This document shows positions 39,726 through 48,567 of a stretch of DNA of 64,000 nucleotides, in pieces. The notes beneath the pieces are model-generated. The model was given only the letters and a program-made list of their open reading frames with translations, did not search any database and had not been told where the DNA came from. This stretch comes from an uncultured Nitrospiraceae bacterium. Its GTDB lineage: Bacteria; Nitrospirota; Nitrospiria; Nitrospirales; Nitrospiraceae. A program made the translations under genes and the position numbers. The DNA is taken from positions 1,183,703-1,247,702 of the forward strand of contig CAVPLT010000001.1 in NCBI GenBank assembly GCA_963706325.1, in the 5' to 3' direction. How positions within the stretch are numbered: the stretch's first letter is position 1; each line of letters begins with the position of its first letter.

Positions 39726-41375
39726 TTGTCGGCCTGCCTTGTGAGAGTCTCTCGTCTTTCTGTAACTTCCGCTCTCGGCCTGACCCTGTGGTTCGGATGG
39801 GTGAGTGTAGCCCTGGCATCCAGCAACCTACCGCTTCACCATTGGGGCTACGATGCCATTGAGCGCCTCATTGCCTTGGGCGTAATTGATCGGGCGTTGA
39901 TCGGCGCGAAGCCGTTCAGCCGCATGCAGGCGGCTCAGCACGTGGCCCGGGCCATTGAACTCGTGCGGGCCGACAAGGTCGAATTGAATGGTCGTGAAAT
40001 CATTGCCGAGCCTCTGCTGGAGCGATTGCTGGCGGAATTTCGGCCGGAACTCATCCGTCTCGGCCTTGTGGGGGCGCGGGCAGAAGATAAAACGGGCTTC
40101 CTGCGGGCCGGCGCTCGCGTCACGAGTGAAATCGATGCTTCATCCATCGGCGGCGGGCAGACCGTTCGATTTCGGGAAAATCGAGGCGGCGAATATTACG
40201 TCAATGGGGTCCAGAATCAAACAGATATGCGGGGATGGATTGAGTTCGGAGATTGGGCCGCGCTGACGGCACAGCCGAAATTTATCAGCAACCGCCATCT
40301 GCTGGGCATTGGCGCCACCAACAACAGTGACAATTTTTACATGCGAGAGCTCAGCCTCAAATTGATCTACGCGAACATCGCATTGGAGGCGGGGCGAGGC
40401 ACGCAATGGTGGGGGCCTGGGTATCACGGATCTCTCTTGCTGACTGATCATGCCTTTCCCATGGACATGATTAAGCTGGGGACGGAGCGTCCGTTTCAAT
40501 TGCCGGGGTTTTTGAGCGGGCTTGGCGACTGGAAGGTCAATTCTTTTCTCGCTCAATTGGAGGCGAATCGAGATTTTTCACGAGCCAAAGTTTTCGGCCT
40601 CCGTATCAGTTGGCTGCCTGCCTCCTGGTTGGAATTCGGGCTGAATCGTTTGACCCAGTTCGGCGGAGCCGGTCGGGACCAATCATTTCCCGAAATCATC
40701 ATAGACACCTACTTCCATCCGGCGAATCAGGGTAGCAATCAAGAGGTCAACGAACAGGCCATGGTGGATTTCCGTCTGCGAATTCCCTCTGTACCCTATC
40801 TGATTCCATTTCCTGCCGGCCTGCAGTTTTATGGAGAGATCGGGACGGAAGATAAATGGTCGCAGCTTCCTATCCCAAGTCGGACGGCGCTCTTGGGAGG
40901 CATCTATATCCCACAGGTGTTTCAGGGCGATACTATGGATCTGCGGATCGAATACGCCGATACCGATTTCGGACGCCAACGACATCCCGAGTTGTCGCAA
41001 GTCTGGTACAACAACGGGATCTATACCAGCGGCATGCGCTTTCGGGGGTTCCCGCTCGGCCACCATATGGGAACCGATGGAATCGATTTTTTCGTCCGAA
41101 CGACCCGCTATCTGACGGAGACACTGCAACTCGGCGCGAATTTTAACATCCAAGAACGGGACCGTGGCCAACCCATTCATGAGAAGAAGCGGGAAGCCGC
41201 TGTTGACCTAACCTACTGGTATTCCAAGGACGTTCAGTTCATGGCCGGTTATGTTTTCCAGCGTTTGAAGAATCCGGGCCAGGTGTCGGCCATCACGCCA
41301 TTTGTCGAGACCTTTGCCGCTGGAGTGGAAGCCCAGAACCATTTGTTCTGGACATCAGTAGCCGTGCAGTTTTAG
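39726..41375 (+). CDS. wzi: Capsule assembly protein Wzi family outer-membrane barrel
   Basis: N-terminal helical part 'PFSRMQ', 'GRGTQWWGPGYHGSLLL', 'PLGH..G.D', C-terminal Phe; start uncertain. Confidence 0.75.
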   Translation: MSACLVRVSRLSVTSALGLTLWFGWVSVALASSNLPLHHWGYDAIERLIALGVIDRALIGAKPFSRMQAAQHVARAIELVRADKVELNGREIIAEPLLERLLAEFRPELIRLGLVGARAEDKTGFLRAGARVTSEIDASSIGGGQTVRFRENRGGEYYVNGVQNQTDMRGWIEFGDWAALTAQPKFISNRHLLGIGATNNSDNFYMRELSLKLIYANIALEAGRGTQWWGPGYHGSLLLTDHAFPMDMIKLGTERPFQLPGFLSGLGDWKVNSFLAQLEANRDFSRAKVFGLRISWLPASWLEFGLNRLTQFGGAGRDQSFPEIIIDTYFHPANQGSNQEVNEQAMVDFRLRIPSVPYLIPFPAGLQFYGEIGTEDKWSQLPIPSRTALLGGIYIPQVFQGDTMDLRIEYADTDFGRQRHPELSQVWYNNGIYTSGMRFRGFPLGHHMGTDGIDFFVRTTRYLTETLQLGANFNIQERDRGQPIHEKKREAAVDLTYWYSKDVQFMAGYVFQRLKNPGQVSAITPFVETFAAGVEAQNHLFWTSVAVQF

Positions 41376-41478
41376 GCTACCGCCTTGCGGGAGGTCACTA
41401 TTCCGTCAGTGTCAGCCGATTGGTCTTGCTGACACTATGGCGACAGGTGTGAAGCAAGGTCCTGTAGAGGAGAGAGTT

Positions 41479-44112
41479 ATGGCGTTGATTATTTCCTCCC
41501 GCCACCATACGATTCAGAACTCAGCCCTCATGGTCCTCAGCCGCGGATTGATCTGGGTCTTGGTCCTGACCTTCATCGGTCCAGCACCGCTATGGGGCCA
41601 AACGCTTTCGCCGCAATCGGTGCCGCCAGGCCTCATGCAACAAATGGGGCCTGGGTCGGCGGGTGGCCCGTTCACCCCCAGCGGATTGAATCAGCCCGGC
41701 CTGGGAGCATCTCCCGGTCAGGTGATCGTGACTAACCCCACCGCATTGCAACCGATCGTGCCGAATCAAACCCCCTGTCCCGTCCCCTTGTCCTCGGATC
41801 TCAGCTCAAAGGGGACGGTCCCAAACCTGAATGATTACTGGCCTGTGGAGCCGAGCAGCCTCTTGCCTAGTTCGATCGAACAACGAATGAAGCAGGAGCA
41901 GGAGGAACGCGATCGCCGCCAGGAAAAGCTGCAAGCTGACAAGGAGAAACTAGGAATCGAATACCAGGCCCAAGCTGAACGCGAGAGAAAAGGCGTGGCG
42001 CAGCTGCCTTATGGACAAGGTCTCATTCCGAATCTGCTGTCGCCTCCTGGTCAGGCGCCGTCCCAATCGAGTGGTCAGACGTCTCTTCCCCAGGGCGTTG
42101 TGCGACCGATACCGGAAAAGAAGCTATTCATGGCGGAACAGTTGCGGCAGCAGGATTTTAACATCGAGGAAGCGTTCGCCGAATTCTCCGTGCTGCATGG
42201 AGTGAAGAGTCACTTGCGGCAATTCGGATACGATTTTTTCGATGCTCAAGCCAATACATTCTCGCCGATTCAGGACATTCCCGTCGGACCGGATTTTATC
42301 GTCGGGCCGCAAGATTCGCTCGCCGTGCACATTTGGAATGTTCCCGATCCGAATTTCAACCGCAGCTTCATCGTGCCGGTTGAACGCGATGGCATGATCG
42401 TGATCCCGCAGGTAGGGGCTATCCCCGTTGGAGGACAGACGTTTTCTCAGGTCGAGCAAGCGGTCAGGGTTAGACTGAGTACTCTTCTGAAGCGTTTTGA
42501 GTTGCATGTGTCGATGGCTCGTATCCGGACGATAAAAGTGTTCGTGGTGGGGGAAGTCGTTCGGCCTGGTTCCTATGAAATCAGCGCATTGGCCACGGCG
42601 TCCAATGCCTTGTATGCTGCCTGCGGCCCGACTCGTTCTGGATCCTTGCGGCAGGTGAAGGTCATGCGTGAGGGCAAGAGCGTGGCAGAGCTCGATCTCT
42701 ATGATTTCCTGCTGCGGGGCGATCGGCGATTCGACCAACGACTGCAGTCCGGTGATGTGGTGCTCATTCCGCCAGTCGGTCCCGTGGTGGCAGTCAGCGG
42801 ATCAGTCAAACGACCGGCCATCTACGAAGTCAAGCCGGGCGTGCGATTGACAGAACTCCTCGCGCTGTCCGGTGGCCTCACTCCCCTTTCCGACCGCCAA
42901 CGGTGCCATCTCTTCCGGCTCGACCCGGAGCGTGGACGGATCATGATCGACGTGGATTTGATCGGCGCCCTGACCTCCCAGGGATATGAAAAAAACCGGC
43001 CGGGAGTCGCCGGGGGCGATCCACTTTTGTTGGACGGGGATTATGTGCGGATTGGCGTTCTTCCGACTCAAATAAACAACGTCGTCAGCCTGGTTGGAGC
43101 AGTGAAAAGCCCAGGGCCGTATGAATACCGTCCCGGGATGAAGGTGAAAGATCTACTTATCCATGACCAGCTCACGGTGGATGCCTATGCCGATCGTGCC
43201 GAAATCGTGAGAACGGATCCGGTCACCTATCAAACCCAGGTCATTCAGTTCAGCCCTAAGGCATTGCTCGACGGGAATACCGCAGAAAATTACGAACTCC
43301 AACGGCTGGACCAAGTCGTCGTAGCCAGCCAGCATAGGCCGCCCAATCTGGTCTTGGTGGAAGGCGAGCTGAAAAGGCCAGGATATTTCACCATCGAAAT
43401 GGGAGAGCGGTTGAGCTCGGTGCTGAAACGGGCCGGTGGCGTGACGCAAAACGCCTTTCCCCCAGGGTTAATCATTACGCGAGAGTCCGTCAAGCTGCGG
43501 CAACAGGCAGAGCTGGAACGATTTGTCGCCTCAGAGCGTCAGCGCCTGACGGCCCAGTCGGCCGGAATGGCGGCAGGATCTACCGGATTGAACAGTGCCG
43601 CGGTGTTGACCGCTGGCGGAGGGCTTGCAGAGCAACAGGTGCTGTCATTGCGCCTCCAGCAATTGGAAGCGATTACTTCGCGAGTCGAGCTCGGCAGGGT
43701 CGTGATTCGTATGGAATCGATCGATCACCTTGAAGGAACCGAAGACGATATCATCTTGGAATCGCGGGATCGGATTCTGATGCCGACACCGCCTCAAACG
43801 GTCAGCATCATCGGCTCGGTGAAGAATCCCAGCACGGTAGTGTACCGGCCCAGCCTGGGCCTCGATGACTATCTGCGCCAAGCCGGGGGGATGACGGAGG
43901 ATGCCAATAAGAAGGAGATGTACGTCATGCGGGCCAACGGCACCACCGATTCGTCCTATTTAGCAGTCAAAACGGTACAGTCCGGGGATACGATCGTGGT
44001 GCCTCAGAAAATAGAAGCGCAGACGCCTCAATTGTCGCTGTGGCAAACGGTGGCGAGCATTATCGGCAGCGTAGCGCTGACGGTAGCTGGCATCTCGGTG
44101 ATCGGTCGATAA
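41479..44112 (+). CDS. Polysaccharide export protein with Poly_export + multiple SLBB domains (Wza/KpsD-like)
   Basis: 'FGYDFF', 'GPQD.L', 'V.VVGEV.RPG.Y', repeated SLBB units, C-terminal amphipathic helix; ATG 41479 has AGGAG RBS. Confidence 0.85.
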   Translation: MALIISSRHHTIQNSALMVLSRGLIWVLVLTFIGPAPLWGQTLSPQSVPPGLMQQMGPGSAGGPFTPSGLNQPGLGASPGQVIVTNPTALQPIVPNQTPCPVPLSSDLSSKGTVPNLNDYWPVEPSSLLPSSIEQRMKQEQEERDRRQEKLQADKEKLGIEYQAQAERERKGVAQLPYGQGLIPNLLSPPGQAPSQSSGQTSLPQGVVRPIPEKKLFMAEQLRQQDFNIEEAFAEFSVLHGVKSHLRQFGYDFFDAQANTFSPIQDIPVGPDFIVGPQDSLAVHIWNVPDPNFNRSFIVPVERDGMIVIPQVGAIPVGGQTFSQVEQAVRVRLSTLLKRFELHVSMARIRTIKVFVVGEVVRPGSYEISALATASNALYAACGPTRSGSLRQVKVMREGKSVAELDLYDFLLRGDRRFDQRLQSGDVVLIPPVGPVVAVSGSVKRPAIYEVKPGVRLTELLALSGGLTPLSDRQRCHLFRLDPERGRIMIDVDLIGALTSQGYEKNRPGVAGGDPLLLDGDYVRIGVLPTQINNVVSLVGAVKSPGPYEYRPGMKVKDLLIHDQLTVDAYADRAEIVRTDPVTYQTQVIQFSPKALLDGNTAENYELQRLDQVVVASQHRPPNLVLVEGELKRPGYFTIEMGERLSSVLKRAGGVTQNAFPPGLIITRESVKLRQQAELERFVASERQRLTAQSAGMAAGSTGLNSAAVLTAGGGLAEQQVLSLRLQQLEAITSRVELGRVVIRMESIDHLEGTEDDIILESRDRILMPTPPQTVSIIGSVKNPSTVVYRPSLGLDDYLRQAGGMTEDANKKEMYVMRANGTTDSSYLAVKTVQSGDTIVVPQKIEAQTPQLSLWQTVASIIGSVALTVAGISVIGR

Positions 44113-44129
44113 ACGGAAACTCGTCCATC

Positions 44130-45356
44130 ATGAGCCGGTTACCGGATTCTCCACAGCTCGTCATCACTTCCTCTCGCGGTGACGGAGCGAACCTGCTATC
44201 CCACGATGTGCTTGGACAGCTCGACCTCTGGTCGGTGATGTCCCGGCGACGGGGTGTGATTGCGACGATCTTGCTGGCCTCGATTCTCGGGGCATTTGGC
44301 GTCAGTTGGTTTCTCCTCCCCAAGGCCTATGAATCGACGGCGACCCTGTTGCCGCAGTTGGACTCCAAAGAAGGCGGGAGTCTTGCTGCGTTATTGACCG
44401 CCACGGGAGCCGGTGGCATGGCGCAAAATCTTGGTGTCGGACTTCCGGGAATTCCGACGACACCCACCGATGTGTTCGTGGCCATTCTGAAATCCCGGAT
44501 GATGGCCGATGAGGCCATCGTCAAGTTCAATTTGATGGCGGTCTACGGTGAAAAGACCATGCATGACACGCGCGTCGAATTGACTGAGCATGTACGCGTT
44601 ACTTTGTCGAAAGAGAAAGTCATCAAAGTGACAGTGGAAGATCGCGACCCCCAAATGGCGGCGGATATTGCGGCTTACTTCGTGGCCACTCTGGACCGGC
44701 TCAATCGTATTTTGAATGTCAGTAAGGCAAGCCATAATCGCGAGTTCATTGAACGGCGTCTCGCAGAGACGCAGGTCGGCCTGGTGAAAACGGAAGAGGC
44801 CTTGCGAGATTTTCAGACCAAGAACAAAGCCGTTGCGGTTGAGGCGCAGTCAAAAGCTATGATCGAGGCCGCGGCCATGATTCAGGGACAGATCACCGGC
44901 TATGAGGTGCAGCTAGAAGTGATGAGCGCCTACCTCTCCCCGGAGCACCCCGATCTCACGCGTGTTCGTTCCAGCATTGAAGAGTTAAAGAAGCAACTCT
45001 CTCTGCTGGAGTTCGGCAAGGGCGGAAAAGGTATGATGCCGGGGGGGAGGCTGCATCCGGCCATGATCACCGTGCCGGACTTAGCGCTCCAATATGGGCG
45101 ATTGTTTCGAGAACTCAAGGTACAGGAGACTCTGTATGCCTTGCTCACCTCGCAGTACGAGCAAGCGAAGATTACCGAGGCGCGCGATACCCCGACGGTG
45201 CAGGTTTTGGATGCGCCGGTGCCGGCTGATAAGAATATCAAGCCGCGTGTATTCTTCAATACGGCTGTGGCTGGAGTGGCGGGACTGGGTCTCGCGATTG
45301 TCTTCGCGTACGTGTTAGAAAGCCGAGCTCGCCGCAAAGATGTCTTTCCGTCCTGA
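44130..45356 (+). CDS. Polysaccharide co-polymerase (Wzz/GNVR-type, no kinase domain)
   Basis: Two TMs, 'YESTATLLP', coiled coil, 'HPD', Pro-rich 'VLDAPVPADKNIKP' before TM2. Confidence 0.85.
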   Translation: MSRLPDSPQLVITSSRGDGANLLSHDVLGQLDLWSVMSRRRGVIATILLASILGAFGVSWFLLPKAYESTATLLPQLDSKEGGSLAALLTATGAGGMAQNLGVGLPGIPTTPTDVFVAILKSRMMADEAIVKFNLMAVYGEKTMHDTRVELTEHVRVTLSKEKVIKVTVEDRDPQMAADIAAYFVATLDRLNRILNVSKASHNREFIERRLAETQVGLVKTEEALRDFQTKNKAVAVEAQSKAMIEAAAMIQGQITGYEVQLEVMSAYLSPEHPDLTRVRSSIEELKKQLSLLEFGKGGKGMMPGGRLHPAMITVPDLALQYGRLFRELKVQETLYALLTSQYEQAKITEARDTPTVQVLDAPVPADKNIKPRVFFNTAVAGVAGLGLAIVFAYVLESRARRKDVFPS

Positions 45357-45370
45357 CCTCGTGCTAGAAA

Positions 45371-45400
45371 TTGACGATATTTCAATGGCAATGGTAGAAT
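45371..45400 (+). promoter_or_regulatory. Putative sigma70 promoter of hpnH
   Basis: TTGACG (45371-45376), 18 nt, extended -10 TGGTAGAAT (-10 at 45395-45400). Confidence 0.6.
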
Positions 45401-45476
45401 CCGGGCCGTGCGTCTGCTGAAGGCCGGCAGTCCCGGTCATTGGCCACATTCACATTTACAAGAATAGGAGATAGGG

Positions 45477-46493
45477 ATGGCTGTTCCAGTCTCCCAGATG
45501 TATACAGTGACCAAGTACGTATTGACCCAGAAACTCAGGGGGGTCAAACGATACCCGCTCGTGCTCATGCTCGAGCCGCTGTTTCGCTGTAACCTCGCCT
45601 GCGCGGGATGCGGCAAGATTCAATATCCTGATCATGTTCTGGACAAACGGTTGACGCCCGCTCAGTGTTGGGCCGCTGCTGATGAATGTGCGGCGCCCAT
45701 CATCAGTATTCCCGGAGGGGAACCATTGATTCACCCCGAGATGGCTGAAATTGTGCGCGGGCTCGTGGCGCGTGAGAAATATGTGTATCTTTGTACCAAT
45801 GCCATTCTGATGGAGCGGAAACTCGATGAGTATCCGGCGTCGAAGTTTCTCACCTTCAGCGTGCATATGGATGGCCTGAGGGATGAGCATGACTTGGCCG
45901 TCTGTCGGGACGGCGTTTACGATGTGGCGGTGAAGGCCATCAAGGCCGCGCTCAAACGTGGCCACCGGGTTACCACCAATACGACATTGTTCGACGATGC
46001 CAATCCGGAGCGAGTGCGAAAATTTTTCGACGAGATGATGGGGCTGGGCGTCGAGGGCATGATGATCTCGCCCGGCTATAGCTATCAGAAGGCGCCGGAC
46101 CAACAGCATTTTCTCAAGCGCAGCCGGACGACTGAGTTGTTTTCCAAAGTTCTGGGCAATCGCAAGCGGGGCTGGCAGTTCAATCAGTCGCCATTGTTTC
46201 TCGAATTCCTTATGGGCAAGCGGGATTATCAATGCACGCCATGGGGGAACCCTACGTACAACGTCTTTGGATGGCAGCGCCCCTGTTACTTGCTCCAGGA
46301 AGGCTATGCCTCAAGCTTCCGAGAGTTGATGGAAACGACCGACTGGGATGCGTACGGAACGGGGCGAAATGAGAAATGCGCAGATTGCATGGTGCACTGT
46401 GGCTATGAGGCCTCGGCCGTGGAAGATACGTTTGGGTCGTTGTCCGGGTTCGCGAAAACCGTGAAGATTACTCTGCTGCCGACTACGCGATAA
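45477..46493 (+). CDS. hpnH: Adenosylhopane synthase, radical SAM
   Basis: 'YPLVLMLEPLFRCNLACAGCGKI', 'GGEPL', 'CTPWGNPT', 'CADCMVHCGYE'. Confidence 0.95.
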   Translation: MAVPVSQMYTVTKYVLTQKLRGVKRYPLVLMLEPLFRCNLACAGCGKIQYPDHVLDKRLTPAQCWAAADECAAPIISIPGGEPLIHPEMAEIVRGLVAREKYVYLCTNAILMERKLDEYPASKFLTFSVHMDGLRDEHDLAVCRDGVYDVAVKAIKAALKRGHRVTTNTTLFDDANPERVRKFFDEMMGLGVEGMMISPGYSYQKAPDQQHFLKRSRTTELFSKVLGNRKRGWQFNQSPLFLEFLMGKRDYQCTPWGNPTYNVFGWQRPCYLLQEGYASSFRELMETTDWDAYGTGRNEKCADCMVHCGYEASAVEDTFGSLSGFAKTVKITLLPTTR

Positions 46494-46515
46494 GCACGGC
46501 TGTAGGTGTTCAGCC

Positions 46516-46548
46516 CCGGGGAGCGGTCGCTCGGCCGACCGCCTCCCG
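46516..46548 (+). terminator. GC-rich hairpin after hpnH (possible terminator/stability element)
   Basis: CGGGGAGCGGTCG ... CGACCGCCTCCCG imperfect inverted repeat; no clear U-tract. Confidence 0.35.
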
Positions 46549-46578
46549 AATCACCTGTATGTGTTGCGCGAGATAACC

Positions 46579-46968
46579 ATGACTGACGCCAAATACCATG
46601 CTCCGGAAACCGGCAGTCTTGAAGGCCGGGTGTTTCGTCCGATGTCTTCCGCGGATTTGGGCGAGGCCATTGAACTTGCCTTTGACTACCGAGGGGATAT
46701 TACCGTCGAACTGAAGTCGGGCAACAAAGTGACCGGCTATCTGTTTAACCGAACGGCGACGGGCGAGCAGCCTACGATTGAGCTATTCCCCGCCACGAGC
46801 AACGGCACCATGACGATCCCATATTCTGAGGTCGCGACGATCGCCTTCACCGGTGAAGACACGGCTACGGGAAAATCCTGGGAGACATGGGTTACAAAGA
46901 AAGATTCCGAACGGCAGCGAGAGGTGGAACGGGTGGAAGCGGACGCCAAATCCCGAGGCCATCTATAG
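46579..46968 (+). CDS. Hypothetical cytoplasmic protein
   Basis: 129-aa ORF with plausible globular composition ('AFDYRGDITVELK'); fills gap after hpnH. Confidence 0.7.
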   Translation: MTDAKYHAPETGSLEGRVFRPMSSADLGEAIELAFDYRGDITVELKSGNKVTGYLFNRTATGEQPTIELFPATSNGTMTIPYSEVATIAFTGEDTATGKSWETWVTKKDSERQREVERVEADAKSRGHL

Positions 46969-47112
46969 CGACTAACGCAATTTCATGCGGACCCTTCCTT
47001 CGATTTTTCACCCCAGATCTGTTTTCCCGCACGCGGCCGCTGATTCCTTTCTCGGACCGACAACAACGTAGTTTTTTCATCGCGCTTCCCTCCGTTTGAC
47101 TCGATCCATTTG

Positions 47113-47141
47113 TTGACAAAGAGGGGGGGGTATGCTAGAAG
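47113..47141 (+). promoter_or_regulatory. Putative sigma70 promoter with G8 tract in spacer
   Basis: TTGACA (47113-47118), 17-nt spacer containing G8 (47123-47130), TGCTAGAAG (-10 at 47136-47141). Confidence 0.5.
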
Positions 47142-47251
47142 GATCGGCCTTAAATTTAGGACGGGCCCGTGTCGAAGAAAGCCTCTCCTGGCATGGCCTT
47201 TAGCCGGGTTCTGTGCGAGGCTAAAAAGTAAATCGGACGCGGGTCATACGT

Positions 47252-47791
47252 ATGCGACGGCGGAAAGCGAAGACAAGAAAAACCGCCTGGAATGCTGTTG
47301 GTTTTTCTTGCCTGATTGGGTTACTGTTCGCACCGGCCGTTTTGTTCGCCAGTCATGCCGCTGACCATCGATTTACGGTCGAAGGGTTTGTGTGCGGTAA
47401 AGATGGTCGGCCGAGCACAAAGATCGAGGTGCTCGTAAAAGATACGCGGATCACGGTAGGGCAAACCGTGACAACCGATGATGAGGGGTATTATAAAACG
47501 ACCCTGCATCTGCACAACGACAATGTAGGCGATCCGCTGTTGGTTGAAGCCGGCGGGGAGCAGCAGAATTTCAAGATCCAGTTCGATCCAAATGATCTGG
47601 AAACGGAACGCAAGCTTCGGGTCGACTTCGGAAGTGGGTGCGCGCGCGATCTCAGTCCTCCGCAGTGGTTAAAGTACGGACTGGGTGTTGCGGCTGTTGC
47701 TATTGTGGGATGGATTGGGCTAAAGATCTCCCGCAAGCGGATGCGAGAAGAGCAACGGCGAAGGAAGGGGCAGGGGAAGCGGCAGAAATAG
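47252..47791 (+). CDS. Hypothetical exported beta-sandwich protein with C-terminal TM anchor
   Basis: Signal peptide, prealbumin/carboxypeptidase-regulatory-like 'TTDDEGYY', C-terminal TM + basic tail. Confidence 0.7.
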   Translation: MRRRKAKTRKTAWNAVGFSCLIGLLFAPAVLFASHAADHRFTVEGFVCGKDGRPSTKIEVLVKDTRITVGQTVTTDDEGYYKTTLHLHNDNVGDPLLVEAGGEQQNFKIQFDPNDLETERKLRVDFGSGCARDLSPPQWLKYGLGVAAVAIVGWIGLKISRKRMREEQRRRKGQGKRQK

Positions 47792-48003
47792 GGCACGGTC
47801 CGTGGGGCATTATTCCTCGCCGGATCGAACATACATACGTAGGCGGGGAAAGTCGAAACGTGACCTCGTTGCATTCTGAGTCTTGACGCTTTTGCTGTGG
47901 CTGTGTATTCGGCCATAGAGAAGCGTCTTTTTTTTCTGTCGTAGGCAATAGGTGCCGGCATGGAGATGGGTGTCGGCATGAAGAAAGGAGTAGTGAATTT
48001 TTT

Positions 48004-48501
48004 ATGAAACAGGCAGGCATGAATAGGTTAGTCCTTGCAGCGGGTATTTTTGGATTTGGATTGGCTGTGGTTGGTTGTGGTGGGGAGGGGGGTGAGGGCC
48101 CGATTGTTCCACCGCCCCCGGCACCGGCGGAGTATGCCGATAAGCATATGCCTGCGGGATGGTGGTCTGACCCGAAAATTATCGAAGAAGGTCGTGAGTT
48201 GTACATCGGCGGCAAGAATCCCGATGTCAATTGCGCGAGCTGCCATGGCAAAGACGGAAAGCCGGTCAAGGCTGGAGCGCGGGATTTCCGAAACGGAGAT
48301 CGTATGAAGCTGTATTCGGATTCGGTCTGGTTCTGGCGCATTTCCGAGGGCGTTCCCAATACGAAGATGAAGCCCTGGAAGAGCAAATTGTCAGAGGAAG
48401 ATCGTTGGAAGATTATGGCCTTTGAACGGACTTTTGGTTTGGCAGGCAAGGGCTGGGACACCACGAAGAAGGATTGGGTCCCTGCTGATCAGGTGAAGTA
48501 A
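48004..48501 (+). CDS. Monohaem cytochrome c lipoprotein
   Basis: Lipobox 'LAVVGC', haem motif CASCH, 'MKPW..KLSEEDRWKI'. Confidence 0.9.
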   Translation: MKQAGMNRLVLAAGIFGFGLAVVGCGGEGGEGPIVPPPPAPAEYADKHMPAGWWSDPKIIEEGRELYIGGKNPDVNCASCHGKDGKPVKAGARDFRNGDRMKLYSDSVWFWRISEGVPNTKMKPWKSKLSEEDRWKIMAFERTFGLAGKGWDTTKKDWVPADQVK

Positions 48502-48567
48502 TGCACGCCGGGCTCGGACCGTGTGTTGGGTCAATCGGTTGGTAATGAGGAGGAGCGGCGAGACATC

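Noticed and set aside
45357..45476. attR-like duplicate of the tRNA-Cys 3' end closing the polysaccharide block
   Set aside because: No match to GGTTCGAACCCGCCCGGCGCCTCCA found here or in other intergenic gaps inspected
47189..47204. Sigma54 promoter TGGCATGGCCTTTAGC
   Set aside because: GG-to-GC spacing is 11 rather than the required 10 nt
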